DNA of 62,422 nt, counting the filler, from Nemertoderma westbladi (Eukaryota; Animalia; Xenacoelomorpha), in assembly GCA_032718475.1 (NCBI GenBank). It is 3 parts of 3 records of this genome, joined end to end, with 100 filler letters (N's around TTAATTAATTAA, not from the genome) between each part and the next. Parts side by side here need not be neighbours in the genome. Positions count along the whole stretch, not along the records: positions 1 to 13,491 come from JAUCBJ010006172.1; 2 more parts are not named here. One strand, given 5' to 3'. Below the pieces are notes generated by a model, which worked only from the letters and a program-made list of their open reading frames with translations, ran no database searches and was not told the DNA's origin. Shown in pieces: positions 1-12,737 of the stretch. Both the position numbers and the translations under genes were made by a program. Within the stretch, counting starts at the first letter, position 1. Each line of letters opens with the position of its first letter.

Positions 1-1744
1 TTGTTACCGGACAACAACATGTTTTCCCAGTCACCGTTTAAGAAAAACTAATTATAATTTAAATTGTAGTATTTACAGAGACCGGTACCGGCAACTGCAG
101 GCAATAAAATAACCAGAACTTTTGAAGGTTATGATTAATTTTCTAAAATTAAATGTAAATAATATTGAAATTTATAATTTTATGTGGATTTCAATTTGTT
201 ATAATTTACAAAGATTGTCAGCAGAAATACAAGAGGGGTCTAAGATATAATGTTGATCAAGTGTAAGGCATCCAACCACCAACCAATTGTTTTCCAGAAA
301 TATTACCATTTCAGATAGTAATCTTTCATTTACATGTGGATACCTTCATTCATGTTAAGTGAGTTTGAAACGATTCTGATTATTATAATTTATTATCGTT
401 TCAATGTGTGTTTGGCGTACACGGGAATATCCAAGGGTAATGAAATTATAACAGCTCTGTTGGGAAAAGCCTTTACCTCACCGGCCATTGGCGACCCTTG
501 TGTAGTACTGTGTGCCCTGATTTCACTGTGGCGGAGAGGTTGGTTACTCTAATCTGTAGCATGCAGGTTTTGCAGCGGAACCCTTTTTATAAATATTTTT
601 TTAAGAGATTTAACACCACATAATATAGTGGTCAAAATTTTCCGTTGCATGACTTGTATTGTTATTGGTTGGCCTAAGCTTAATTTCGAACCACGCCTTT
701 GGTTCGAGTTGTTAATGCTTTGCCCCGATTGTGATCGAAGAGAGTGTTGACCCGTGAACCCCTGCTGGGTTCACATGGGTTGTTGATGTTAACCCTAAAG
801 CTCTGGCCTAAATTGACCCTTTAGGATACTTTCGCATCATCGCTCGATGCGGACCCAGTTCGATAGGTGGTGGGGAGGTGAGGCCTATTGAATTGGCTCC
901 TATTGGTCGATTGGGCCACCTTCGGTCTCTCACAGTGAACAAAGCCACTCAGCTTTCAAAACATGAGTACGGCTATTTATCCCTGTATATTGTGCATAAT
1001 TAATTAATTGTGTGTATTTATTTTCTATATATTTATTTTTATATGATAATAATAATAATATTGGTTTGTGCGTGTAATAATTATTTGTGTATATTATTAT
1101 GATATTATTTTACTGGATTACTGGACCTCTACTTTAATAAATCCGGCGATAAATTGCGGTTAATTGAATTATATTGCAATTAATGCAATTGGAGATGATT
1201 TGTACATTAATTCTGTGGATCCAAGCAAGGACAGTATTGGAGTGGGGCGAACCACGAAGTTATCAAGCTTAGATAAGAGATGCACTATTGAAACCTTGTT
1301 TCTGTCTGTCAGTCTCAGCTCACCTTAAGCCCCTGGTATCGAGAAATATATACATATACTAAATGTCCCATAGACGCCATGATAAAATAGCAGCTGGTAT
1401 TCATGAAAATTTCCCCCCCCCCCCCCCCCACCCCCTCCCTGTCTCATGAACATATATCTGTCTACTATAATAATACATCAATTGGAATTATCAATCCCCC
1501 TTATTTAAAAAATAAAAAATTTTATAATCGTACACTAGCTACCATAAAAATGTATTTTACTCGCGATATTTTCGATATTTTTCATCTTGCGATATTTTAC
1601 TCTCATATTTTACTCGCGATATTTTTCAAGTCTAAATATTGTTCACCAATACTAACAACACCGACCTATAGTAAGCTATAACAATGAAATACAGTGACTA
1701 TACCGACCTATGCAATACAGAGTTATCCCGAACTACACATTAAT

Positions 1745-2680
1745 TTAGATCCTAGACACGAACTTAGACCCTGGAAGTGTGTGAAATTAGATCCTAGATC
1801 CAAACTTAGATCCTGGAAGCGAGCATCCTAGATACGAACTTAGATCCGAAAGCAACGTGATCATAGATCCTAGATGTGAACATAGATCCTGGAAGCGAAC
1901 TTAAAACTAGATTAGATCCTGAAAGCTAACAGATCTTAGATGTGAACTTAGATCCTGGAAGCGAACTTAGATCCTAGATATGACCTTAGATCCTGAAAGC
2001 GAACTTAGATCCTAGATATTAACTTAGATCTTGGAAGCGAACTTAGATCCTGGAAGCGAACTTAGATCCTGGAAGCGAACTTAGATCCTAGATACGAACT
2101 TAGATCCGAAAGCAACGTGATCATAGATCCTAGATGTGAACATAGATCCTGGAAGCGAACTTAAAACTAGATTAGATCCTGAAAGCTAACAGATCTTAGA
2201 TGTGAACTTAGATCCTGGAAGGGAACTTAGATCCTAGATATGAACTTAGATCCTGAAAGCGAACTTAGATCCTAGATATGAACTTAGATCCTGGAAGCGA
2301 ACTTAGATCCTGGAAGCGAACTTAGATCCTAGATACGAACTTAGATCCGAAAGCAACGTGAACATAGATCCTAGATGTGAACATAGATCCTGGAAGCGAA
2401 CTTAAAACTAGATTAGATCCTGAAAGCTAACAGATCCTAGATATGAACTTAGATCCTGAAAGCGAACTTAGATCCTAGATATGAACTTAGATCCTGGAAG
2501 CAAACTTATATCCTAGATATGATCTTAGATTCTGGAAGCGAACTTAGATCTTGGAAGCAACACGATCTCGGATACTACTGTAGATGTGAACATAGATCCT
2601 ATACACGAACTTAAATCGTAGATGCGAACTTAGATCCTGGAAACGAACTTAGATCCTAAGCACGAACTTATATCCTAGAA
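1745..2680. repeat. ~19-bp minisatellite (GAACTTAGATCCTGGAAGC / GAACTTAGATCCTAGATAT variants) with ~240-bp higher-order block
   Basis: Direct inspection. The block containing CTTAAAACTAGATTAGATCCTGAAAGCTAACAG recurs at ~1900, ~2160 and ~2401. Confidence 0.9.
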
Positions 2681-2699
2681 ACGACGTACTGAATCATAT

Positions 2700-3056
2700 T
2701 GATCGAGCCGAATAGAACTTATCAAGCCGAGTCGAGCCCAATCAAGCCGGATGAGCCCAATCGAGCCGAGTCGAGCCAGACCGAGCCGAATAGCCCAATG
2801 AGTCGAGTCGAGTCCAATCAAGCCTTGTCGAGCCCAATTGAGCCGGACCGAGCCGAGTTGAGCCCAATCGATCAGAGTCGCGCCCAATCGAGCCGAGTCA
2901 AGCCAAGTCGAGCCCAATTGAGCCAGACCGAGCCGATTTAACCGAATCGAGTCGGACCGAGCCGAGTCGATCCCAATCGAGTCGAGCCATGGCCTACTTA
3001 AATATTATATTTAAGTAGGCCATGGTCGAGACCAATCGAGCCGAACCGAGCCAATC
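2700..3056. repeat. Degenerate 5/10-bp repeat (GAGCC-GAGTC-GAGCC-CAATC)
   Basis: Direct inspection. It accounts for the low-complexity ORFs 2675-2917 and 2699-2941. Confidence 0.85.
2987..3025. mobile_element. 39-bp perfect palindrome, candidate ultra-short MITE
   Basis: CCATGGCCTACTTAAATAT-T-ATATTTAAGTAGGCCATGG has 19-bp arms and is flanked by TCGAG on both sides. Confidence 0.6.
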
Positions 3057-4128
3057 GTTGTCTCTTTTATTTGAAATAAAAAGTCGGTTCCTTATCGGGC
3101 CGCTAGGCCCGTCACTAGTTAGCAAGTCGTTAGACTTGATTACTGTAAGAAAAAAAAGCTACTGGCTACTGACTACTGACCTAGAGCAAAAACGGCTCTA
3201 ACGATTTTGATGAAATTTTGCATGGACCATGAAAATGGATTTCTAAGGGTACTTGTGAAATCGCGGTTTAAATTGAAACATCTCAACTTGTTTTATTTCG
3301 AAAAATAGCCCCAAAACACGAAAATTGCCATAGGCGCAATGATAAAAAACCAGCTGGCACTCATGAAAAATGTATAGAGATGGCCTGGTAATGCATTCAA
3401 TAGGAAGGGCAACTAACAAAGAAGTACTTTCTCTGCCAAGTTTTATTATCACTCTACTATACAACCCAGACAGTAAGCAAACATTAATTTGTTTAACTGG
3501 CTATTACAGTTTCAGCTGAATAACTCTTCCCAATGCATCCTTGCTATGTTAATTAATTGGCGTGCAAGCTAAATGTCTGTTAGTTATACAGTAGGGTGGG
3601 TCATAAAATGTAAAATTTATGCAATTGCTCCACAAGTTGTACCAGTGAGGAGGCTTGGTGTGAGATGAAAAAATACCAAAAATTGAATAAATTGAATCAC
3701 CCCTTGGGGGTCCTCCAACTGGTCACATATTGGGACTAGCGGGCGGTTCCTTATAACGGGTAAGTGGTAGATAATCGACTAATTTAAAGAAATAATATGT
3801 TAATCTGCTTAGATTTCGTTTTCTTGTCTACTAAAACTATATCCCTGCTTGGGGGACCCCAGACCCGTATCACAATTTGGTAAATAAACAAACAGCCTGA
3901 AAAAAACAATAAACTTAATATTTTCGATAACATTCATGAATTACCACTATTTCTTTCCACCTCTAACACTTTATGCTGTTAGTTCGAGTATTCAGTCAAA
4001 TTTCTGCATATTGTGTTGTGTATGGAAATTATGTAACAACCCAATTTATAAAAATGTATCCTTTCTTTCAGTGAATACGACAGTACCAGTATCACTGAAT
4101 TATTGGGGCTCTTTAGTTATTTGTAAAA

Positions 4129-5959
4129 CTATACAATGTAATCGATCTTGGAGTCAAATTTGGGTCTTTGGTCCCGGGCATCAATTCGTGACTTTATCAG
4201 TTGATCTCTCTTAACCTTACCAACGACTTGTTGAGAAGCCTCTGTGACAACCCGTACCATACGCTCAACTAACTGCTGATGACAGGGATATCCAATTGGT
4301 AATGGGACGAGTTCAGGTTGATTGGTAAGTTATGTGAGGATCTCATTCGATATATTTGAAAGTATTGGCGCCTCAGTCACAGTCAGATATGGATCCCACC
4401 ACTTCACAAGACTAGTGCAGTCGTCTGCTTCAAGGTTAAGTTCTGGTGTAACGGCAAATACGATTAGCAGTGGCAACCCATCGTGAATGCGCCATTCTAC
4501 CATGCTCTAAGAGTCACCACTGCACTGTCCTGTAGAGATTGCTAAGGTTATATGATACAGATACTTCTGATCTGCACTGAGCGAATTTATTACATTCTCA
4601 TCTAGAACCAGAAAGTTGGGAGAAGGAATGGGAGTATATGAAACAACTGGTTTATCAATCAGGGAACCTTTTATTTGAGTGCCAATTGGTCGTTTGAAGG
4701 AGCTTGGACCTTCCGTTGGACCATCTAACTGACTAAAGATATGGCGGAGTGGCAACTCATTAATATGCAAAAGACATACCATCCATTGCACTGGTGACAT
4801 CTTCTCTTCTTCAATCAGTCGAATTATGCCTCGAACTCGACCCGTATTTACATTTGTTCCGTCACACCCGATGACAAGTATACCACTTATATCCAAATTA
4901 TTCGCCTCAAAGAAATCAAAGAAGGATCCTGCAATGTCAACAGCTTTTCCCGACTTTGGACAAACATGTCCTAAATACTTACCAACAGGTTCTTCCACCA
5001 GAACATAGTGTTCCTCAACACGAAGCTTGACAAAATTTTGTGATTGCTCATCTTTAACTAGTGTACTATCTTTTCTACCATCGAAATAAATCCCATGAAT
5101 TGGACTATATGATCGATCCAGGTTACCAAGATTCTCTCGCCTTTTCTCCCTAATACGGCTAATCTTGTTTTTATCAACAATCTGACTGGAACTAAAATCC
5201 AAGGTAGCATCCTGGAGAGTGGCAGTTACTACTGCTGCTACAGCACGATTTGATAATCCATATCTATCGGCTTCACGGGCTACCAGGGGGAACTTGCTGT
5301 AGTTCCTAGGGACATGCTCTCGTGCTATCTGGGTACCGGTACCAGTAATTTGGCTTCTACTTGATATCCCAGAAGTTCCAGGTTGGGGGTTTGATAGTCC
5401 ATCATCGACTGCCATTGTATCAGTAAGGATTTCACTAACACGCTTCGCTTCTTTTTCCTCCCTCTCAATAAGTTGCTGCTGCCGATCCACACGCTTCTGA
5501 ATTGCTAAGGATTCTTTCCGGTCAATACCACCGATGAACATTCGTCTCATTCCACGTTGATCTTCAAGAAATGGCCGTTCAATTTCTGGAATCAGTTCGC
5601 CAGAACCATCAAACATACATACATATTAAACGGCTATTACATTCTTCTACCCGATCAATGAAATATGGCTTTGATCTATGCTGATGAGAAACCTTATCAA
5701 TATCACGGATCTTATTACTGTCATTTAATATTTTCCAAATAATTCCTTCCTTTGTTATTGTAGGGATTGATGATTTAGTATAAAGAGCTATAATATCCTG
5801 AGCTACAGCTTCTGCAAGCTCACGCCGTGACGGGTGACTTTCACTTTTCTTTAGCCGAACATATTCAAAATGCCGTAATACATCACCAAGAGTTGGTAGC
5901 TGATTACAAGGCAGTTCAGTTGGATGACCACATAAACTAGCTTTAGATCGCAATGCCAT
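4129..5959 (-). pseudogene. hATm-type DDE transposase, frameshifted and internally deleted
   Basis: ORFs 5609-5959 and 4507-5616 carry FDGRKD, CDGTNVNTG and CLLHINELPLRH. Downstream frames give HSRWVATANR and YPCHQQLVERMVRVVTEAS...PKFDSKIDYIV* (stop 4129-4131). Confidence 0.85.
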
Positions 5960-5962
5960 TCT

Positions 5963-6331
5963 AATTTGTTCAACTTTAATATAATACCGGTAATTAATTG
6001 TGATTATTTTCCTTACAACTGTTAAGTAGCTTTAAGTAGCAGCGGATTTATCCACGATTGTAACCGTTTGATACATGTAATAGCAATAGGCCTACCGGTA
6101 TTTGAAATGATGAATATAGCTTTGTACGTCACATCACCAAAAAGTCGAATTTGTTCAACTTTAATATAATACCGGTAATTAATTGTGATTATTTTCCTTA
6201 CAACTGTTAAGTAGCTTTAAGTAGCAGCGGATTTATCCACGATTGTAACCGTTTGATACATGTAATAGCAATAGGCCTACCGGTATTTGAAATGATGAAT
6301 ATAGCTTTGTACGTCACATCACCAAAAAGTC
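5963..6331. repeat. 185-bp tandem duplication upstream of the transposase start codon
   Basis: 5963-6146 is repeated at 6148-6331, apparently identically. Confidence 0.9.
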
Positions 6332-7355
6332 AAGATGCTGAAAGTAAGACTAAATCATTTTTGAATTTCCCACCCAGCTAAGCTCTTCACTCAGTACAAA
6401 TTGTCGTCCAATAAAATGTCGTCCAGGCAACTAGGGATGTTGGAAACGTTACTAATCGTGTTTGTGGTCAAGAAACCAAATTCTGAGCACATAAACATAA
6501 TATTCTTTAAAATTAGTCGATAATTTATTTAATGAAAAAACCGCTCGCTAGCCACAATATGTGACCTGTTGGAGGACCCCCAAGGGGTGCCTCATTTTAT
6601 TCAATTTTTGGTATTTTTCCATCTCACTCCAAGCCTCCTCACTGGTACAACTTGTGGAGCAATTGCATAACTTTTACATTTTATGACCCACCCTATTATA
6701 CAGTGTGTTGGCTACACAGTGTATTGTACTATGCTCTCATCGCATTATTGTTTTATTTTGAAATCTTTGTGCCAACATTAATACTGTGGAGGCTGTATGC
6801 TTATAAGGCTGAATGTTTACTCAGCCTCATAATGATTCTCCATAAGGCTAACATTATTGTTTGAAATATAAAAATCTGTTATAATAATAATATAAAATGT
6901 TATATTTAATTAATATCGTGGTTTACATTGAACAGTGTAAATGGTTAATCGCGGTTTACATTGAAACATCTCAGCTTGTTTTATTTATTACAAAAATAAG
7001 AACGAATTTGTCTTATCACTTCTTGTGCGCGATTGTATTGAATTCATGACAACTGCTGTTGTTGTTATTAATCAATTGACACCTCGACTCCTCTCTGAGA
7101 CTCCGACTACTCTATCCGATAGAATAAAATAATCATTTCGCTAACTGCTCTCTATCTTCTATAATCACAACAGCTTTTATAATTCATTAGATGATTACAA
7201 TATAATAATTATAGTTTGAAGTTGTCTAGAAAATTTATCGTACACCACCGGGGCTACTCTCACACTAATTGATTATCAGACAGAACAAAAAGCTTTTACT
7301 TGATTCATACTGTCTCCTACGACTTGCTTCACGGGCCGCTAGGCCCGTCTCTAGT

Positions 7356-9688
7356 AGAACACTCACTGAATAGAACGCCCACTGAATAGAACGCTTCTTG
7401 AATAGAACGCTCACTGAATATAACGCTCACTGAATAGAAAGCCCACTGAATAGAACGCTCACTGAATAGAACACTCACTGAATAGAACGCTCACTGAATA
7501 GAACACTCACTGAATAGATCGCTCACTGAATATAACTCTCACTGAATAGAACGCTCACTGAATAGAACGCTCATTGAATAGATCGCTCACTGAATAGAAC
7601 ACTCACTTAATAGAACGCCCACTGAATAGAACATTCACTGATTAGAACGCTCACTGAATGGAACGCTCACTGAATAGAACGTCAACTTAATAGAACACTC
7701 ACTGAATAGAATGTTCACTGAATAGAGCGCTCACTGAATAGAATACTCACTACATAGAACGCTCACTGAATAGAACACCCACTGAATGGAACGCTCACTG
7801 AATAGAACGCTCACTGAATAGAACGCCCACTTAATAGAACACTCACTGAATAGAACACTCACTGTTTAGAAACTTCACTAAATAGAACATTTACTAACTA
7901 GATTCCTCTCTTAATAGAACGCTCACTGAATATAATACTCACTGAATATAACACTCACTGAATAGAACACTCACTGACTAGAACACTCACTTAATAGAAC
8001 ACTCACTTAATAGAACACTCACTGACTAGAACGCTCTCTGAATAGAACGCTCACTGAATAGAACGCTCACTGAATACAACACTCACTGAATATAACACCC
8101 ACTTAATAGAACACTCATTGAATAGAACGCTCACTGAATAGAGCGCTCACTGAATAGAACGCTCACTGAATAAAAAGCCCACTGAATAGAACGATCACTG
8201 AATAGAACACTCACTGAATAGATCGCTCACTGAATAAAACGCTCACTGAATAGAACGCTCACTGAATAGAACGCTCATTGAATATAACGCTCACTGAATA
8301 GAACACTCACTGCATAGAACGCTCACTGAATAGAACACTCACTGAATAGAACGTTCACTGAGTAGAACGCTCACTGAATAGAACGCCCACTTAATCGAAC
8401 ACTCTCTGAATAGAACGCTCACTGAATAGAACGCTCACTGAATAGAACGTTCACTGAATAGAGCGCTCACTGAATAGAACTCTCACTGTATAGAACACTC
8501 ACAGAATATAACGCTCACTGAATAGAACACTCACTGTATAGAACGCTCACTGAATAGAACACTCACTGAATATAACGCTCACTGAATAGAACGCTCACTG
8601 AATAGAACGCCCACTTAATCGAACACTCACTGAATAGAACGCTAACTGAATAGATCGCTCACTGAATAGAACGCTCACTGAATAGAACGCTCAATGAATA
8701 GAACGCTCACTGAATAGAACACCCACTGCATAGAACGCTCACTGAATAGAACGCTAACTGAATAGAACGCCCACTTAATCGAGCACTCACTGAATAGAAC
8801 GCTCATTGAATAGAACGCTCACTGAATAGAACGCTCACTGAATAGAACGCTCACTGAGTAGAACACTCAGTTAATAGAACACTCACTGTTTAGAAAGTTC
8901 ACTTAATAGAACACTCACTAACTAGAACTCTCTCTTAATAGAACGCTCACTGAATAGAACGCTCACTGAATAGAATACTCACTGAATATAACACTCACTG
9001 AATAGAACACTCACTGACTAGAACACTCACTTAATAGAACACTAACTTAATAGAACACTCACTGACTAGAACGCCGTCTGAATAGAACGCTCACTGAATA
9101 GAACGCTCACTGAATACAACACTCACTGAATATAACACTCACTTAATAGAACACTCTCTGAATAGAACGCTCACTAAATAGAACGCTCACTGAATAGAAC
9201 GCTCACTAAATAGAACACTCACTGAATAGATCGCTCACTTGATAGAACGCTCACTGAATAGAACGCTCACTGAATAGAATGCTCATTGAATAGAACGCTC
9301 ACTGAATAGAACACTCACTGCATAGAACGCTCACTGAATAGAACACTAACTGAATCGAACGTCCACTAAATAGAACGCTCACTGAATAGAACGCCCACTT
9401 AATCGAACACTCTCTGAATAGAACAATCACTGAATAGAACACTCACTGAATAGAACGCTCACTGAATAGAACGCTCACTGAATAGAACACACTGAATAGA
9501 TCGCTCACTGAATAGAACGCTCACTGAATAGAACGCTCACTGAATATAACGCTCATTGAATAGAACGCTCACTGAATAGAACACTCATTGAATAGAACGC
9601 TCACTGAATAGAACGCTCACTGAATAGAACGCCCAATTAATCCAACACTCACTGAATAGAACGCTCACTTAATAGGACACTCACTGAA
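7356..9688. repeat. 16-bp satellite (GAATAGAACGCTCACT)n, about 145 copies
   Basis: Direct inspection. Confidence 0.95.
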
Positions 9689-9736
9689 TCTTTGAAAATA
9701 ATCAGCTTTAAATAGAAATAAAACTACTGTATTATG

Positions 9737-10942
9737 ACAGAACCTAACAACGCAGGACCTAATGTCGCAGGGGGTTAATAACGCAGGACCTAATGTCGCG
9801 GGGGTTAATAACGCAGAACGTAACAACGCAGGACCTAAAGTCGCGGGGGTTAATAACGCAGAACCTAACAACGCAGGACCTAATGTCGCGGGGGTTAATA
9901 GCGCAGAACGTAACAACGCAGGACCTAATGTCGCAGGGGTTAATAACGCAGAACCTAACAACGCAGGACCTAATGTCGCGGGGGTTAATAACGCAGAACG
10001 TAACAACGCAGGACCTAAAGTCGCGGGGATTAATAACGCAGGACCTAATATCGTAGGGGTTAATAATGCAGGACCTAATGTTGTGGGGGAATAACGCAGA
10101 ACCTAACAACGCAGGACCTAAAGTCGCGGGGTTAATAACGCAGGACCTAATGTCGTAGGGGTTAATAACGCAGGACCTAATGTTGCGGGGGAATAACGCA
10201 GAACCTAACAACGCAAGACCAATGTTGCGGGGATTAATAACGCAGAACCTAACAACGCAAGACCAATGTTGCGGGGATTAATAACGCAGAACGTAACAAC
10301 GCAGGACCTAAAGTCGCGGGGGTTAATAACGCAGGACCTAATGTTGCGGGGGAATAACGCAGAACCTAACAACGCAGGACCTAATGTCGCGGGGGTTAAT
10401 AACGCAGAACCTAACAACGCAGGACCTAATGTTGCGGGGATTAATAACGCAGAACCTAACAACGCAGGACCTAACAACGCAGGTCCTAATGTCGCGGGGG
10501 TTAATAACGCAGAACGTAACAACGCAGGACCTAACAACGCAGGACCTAATGTCGCAGGGGTTAATAACGCAGAACGTAACAACGCAGAACGTAACAACGC
10601 AGGACCTAATGTTGCGGGGATTAATAACGCAGAACGTAACAACGCAGGATCTAACAACGCAGGACCTAATGTTGCGGGGGTTAATAACGCAGAACCTAAC
10701 AACGCAGGACCTAAAGTCGCGGGGGTTAATAACGCAGGACCTAATGTCGCAGGGGTTAATAACGCAGGACCTAATGTCGCAGGGGTTAATAACGCAGGAC
10801 CTAATGTCGCAGGGGATAATTACGCAGAACGTAACAACGCAGGACCTAACAACGCAGGACCTAATGTCGCAGGGGTTAATAACGCAGAACGTAACAACGC
10901 AGGACCTAATATCGCAGGGGTTAATAATGCAGGACCTAACAA
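9737..10942. repeat. Composite minisatellite of 30-bp (AACGCAGGACCTAATGTCGCGGGGGTTAAT) and 15-bp (AACGCAGAACCTAAC) units
   Basis: Direct inspection. Overlapping repetitive ORFs occur in several frames on both strands. Confidence 0.9.
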
Positions 10943-11527
10943 ACACTCATAGGACTTAAAGACGCAACTCGTAACGTTCAAAGGACCTTACAACTACTTC
11001 ATACCATGGGACCGCAGTGGCCCCATGGCACAATTAAACCATAGGGCCACCTTTCCGACCACGGGGCTACTGTTAGTTGGAGATTGAATAGAACCATAAG
11101 GCCACCTACTTACACCCATAAGTGGCTCTAAGGTTGTGTGTTTGATATAATAATGTATATTTATTTATATATCAAATATAAAACACATGATGGAGAGCAT
11201 TGATTGAATTTTCGTGAATGTTATTTTTTAAATAATACTCAAACCAGTTGTGATTTTTTCATTGAAAATCTAATGTATTTAAGAAATTATTTGTGCTAGC
11301 AGATCTAGTTCGTTATTAAAATTCCGTAACATACAGTAGATGAACATTCAGATGAAAATGTGTCTGGGTGAGGTGGTCATAATTTAATACGATAGCCACA
11401 GACCGCTATAATTTGTTAACATTTAATATTAATAAATTAATTAATAAACATAAACAATCTAAAATCTACCGACCCGTTATAAGTAAATCGGAGGTTTATT
11501 CTATTTACTTTAGTCATCCCAACAGTC

Positions 11528-11702
11528 TACAACTAAAATAGTCTCTATACAGTACTGCAATATCAATAACAATGCATCATGTATTATTATTCAACCAATA
11601 ATGTTATATTTTTTTTTTTTTTTTTTTACAACTAAAATAGTCTCTATACAGTACTGCAATATCAATAACAATGCATCATGTATTATTATTCAACCAATAA
11701 TG

Positions 11703-11734
<32 letters not shown>
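11528..11734. repeat. 99-bp tandem duplication, each copy ending in poly-T
   Basis: TACAACTAAAATAGTCTC...GTTATA(T)n at 11528 and 11627. Confidence 0.85.
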
Positions 11735-11739
<5 letters not shown>

Positions 11740-11843
11740 GAGGCTTAATTAAATAGCTACAGTACTTTCCCACCCTAACCTATATGACATATTTCAGATT
11801 GCGCTGGGCTAACCCAAGGTTTAATATAACACGGGTTAAAAAT

Positions 11844-12420
11844 GGTGTAAGGACATTTCATCCCGGACAAGGTATTCGTTCCGGACTTTTCATCCCGGTC
11901 TAGGTATTTGTCCCGGACAAGATATTTGTCCCGGACATTTCATCCCGGACACGGTATTCGTTCCGGACTTTTCATCCCGGTCTAGGTATTTGTCCCGGAC
12001 AAGATATTTGTCCCGGACATTTCATCCCGGACACGGTATTCGTTCGGGACTTTTCATCCTGGTCTAGGTATTTGTCCCGGACAAGATATTTGTCCCGGAC
12101 TTTTCATCCCGGACTAGGTATTCGTTCCGGACTAATCATCCTGGTCTAGGTATTTGTCCCGGACAAGATATTTGTCCCGGACTTTTCATCCCGGACGAGG
12201 TATTCGTTCCGTTTTTTTTTTTTGCAAATTGGTCATGGTTAACTAGTAGTTGCTATTTTGTGTATAGAAAGTGTTCTGGAATATGTTAGCTATTTATTTA
12301 AAAAATAATGTTCTAGAAATAATATCTGGTTTTCATTTAAAACGTTTTACAGTTCGTTAAAAAAAAACGTGATTAAAATCAATATAAAATGGGTCTTCTA
12401 TCTGTTCTAGTCTTACAGTA
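11844..12420. mobile_element. MULE/foldback-like non-autonomous element, one end with tandem subterminal repeats
   Basis: GGTGTAAGGAC terminus is followed by ~16-17-bp CCGGAC-containing units (11851-12210). After these comes the AT-rich TAGCTATT/GTTCTAGAA module also seen at 29045-29600. The right end was not found. Confidence 0.5.
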
Positions 12421-12737
12421 CTAGTTTTGTAGGTTTGCTAACATTTTTTACGAATTGTAAAGCGTGTTTCAATACTAATCATTAATCAAATCATGTTTTT
12501 GTATAAGTAATTTATTTAATCTTCTTCTTTTTGAGACAAAAAGTGAGGTTCGGGTGAGATAACAGGGGCTTAAAGTCAGCGACGGAATTTTCCTCCCTAA
12601 GATTAATTTTAACCGTTTTATTTTTAACCCACCTACCATAGTTCACTTCACTAATTACAGTACATCCAAACTCCCTCATGTTGGAGGTAAAAATATATTC
12701 CGCCACATCCAACTACATTAATCACAATTTATTACAT

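Larger units (their letters stand above)
1457..3118 (+). mobile_element. Probable non-autonomous Helitron carrying internal tandem arrays
   Basis: 3' end has hairpin CGGGCC-GCTA-GGCCCG (3096-3111), then CTAG (3115-3118) and T. Candidate 5' end is A|TCTGTCTACTATAATAA at 1457, which is less certain. Confidence 0.5.
3592..6695 (-). mobile_element. hAT-superfamily (hATm-type) DNA transposon
   Basis: Termini TAGGGTGGG...CCCACCCTA with imperfect TIRs of roughly 240 bp. Perfect 8-bp TSD TTATACAG (3584-3591, 6696-6703). Contains a transposase remnant. Confidence 0.9.
3120..7354 (+). mobile_element. HINE/DINE-1-like non-autonomous rolling-circle element, interrupted by the hATm transposon
   Basis: 5' subterminal IR AGCAAGTCGT (3121-3130) overlaps a small hairpin CAAGTC/GACTTG and is followed by a CTACTG microsatellite. 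3' subterminal IR ACGACTTGCT (7319-7328) is followed by hairpin ACGGGCC-GCTA-GGCCCGT (7331-7348) and CTAG-T. Confidence 0.65.

Noticed and set aside
7356-9688. Regular short repeats as a CRISPR array (also the arrays at 20453-26686, 41451-42071, 58300-58817 and 60675-61445)
   Set aside because: Units are contiguous with no unique spacers, there are no cas genes, and the context is eukaryotic.
9665-10959. NNAGPNVAGV repeat ORFs as a circumsporozoite-like or structural protein
   Set aside because: Several frames on both strands are open simply because units are 15/30 bp. Frame-breaking indels occur and there is no signal peptide or splice support.
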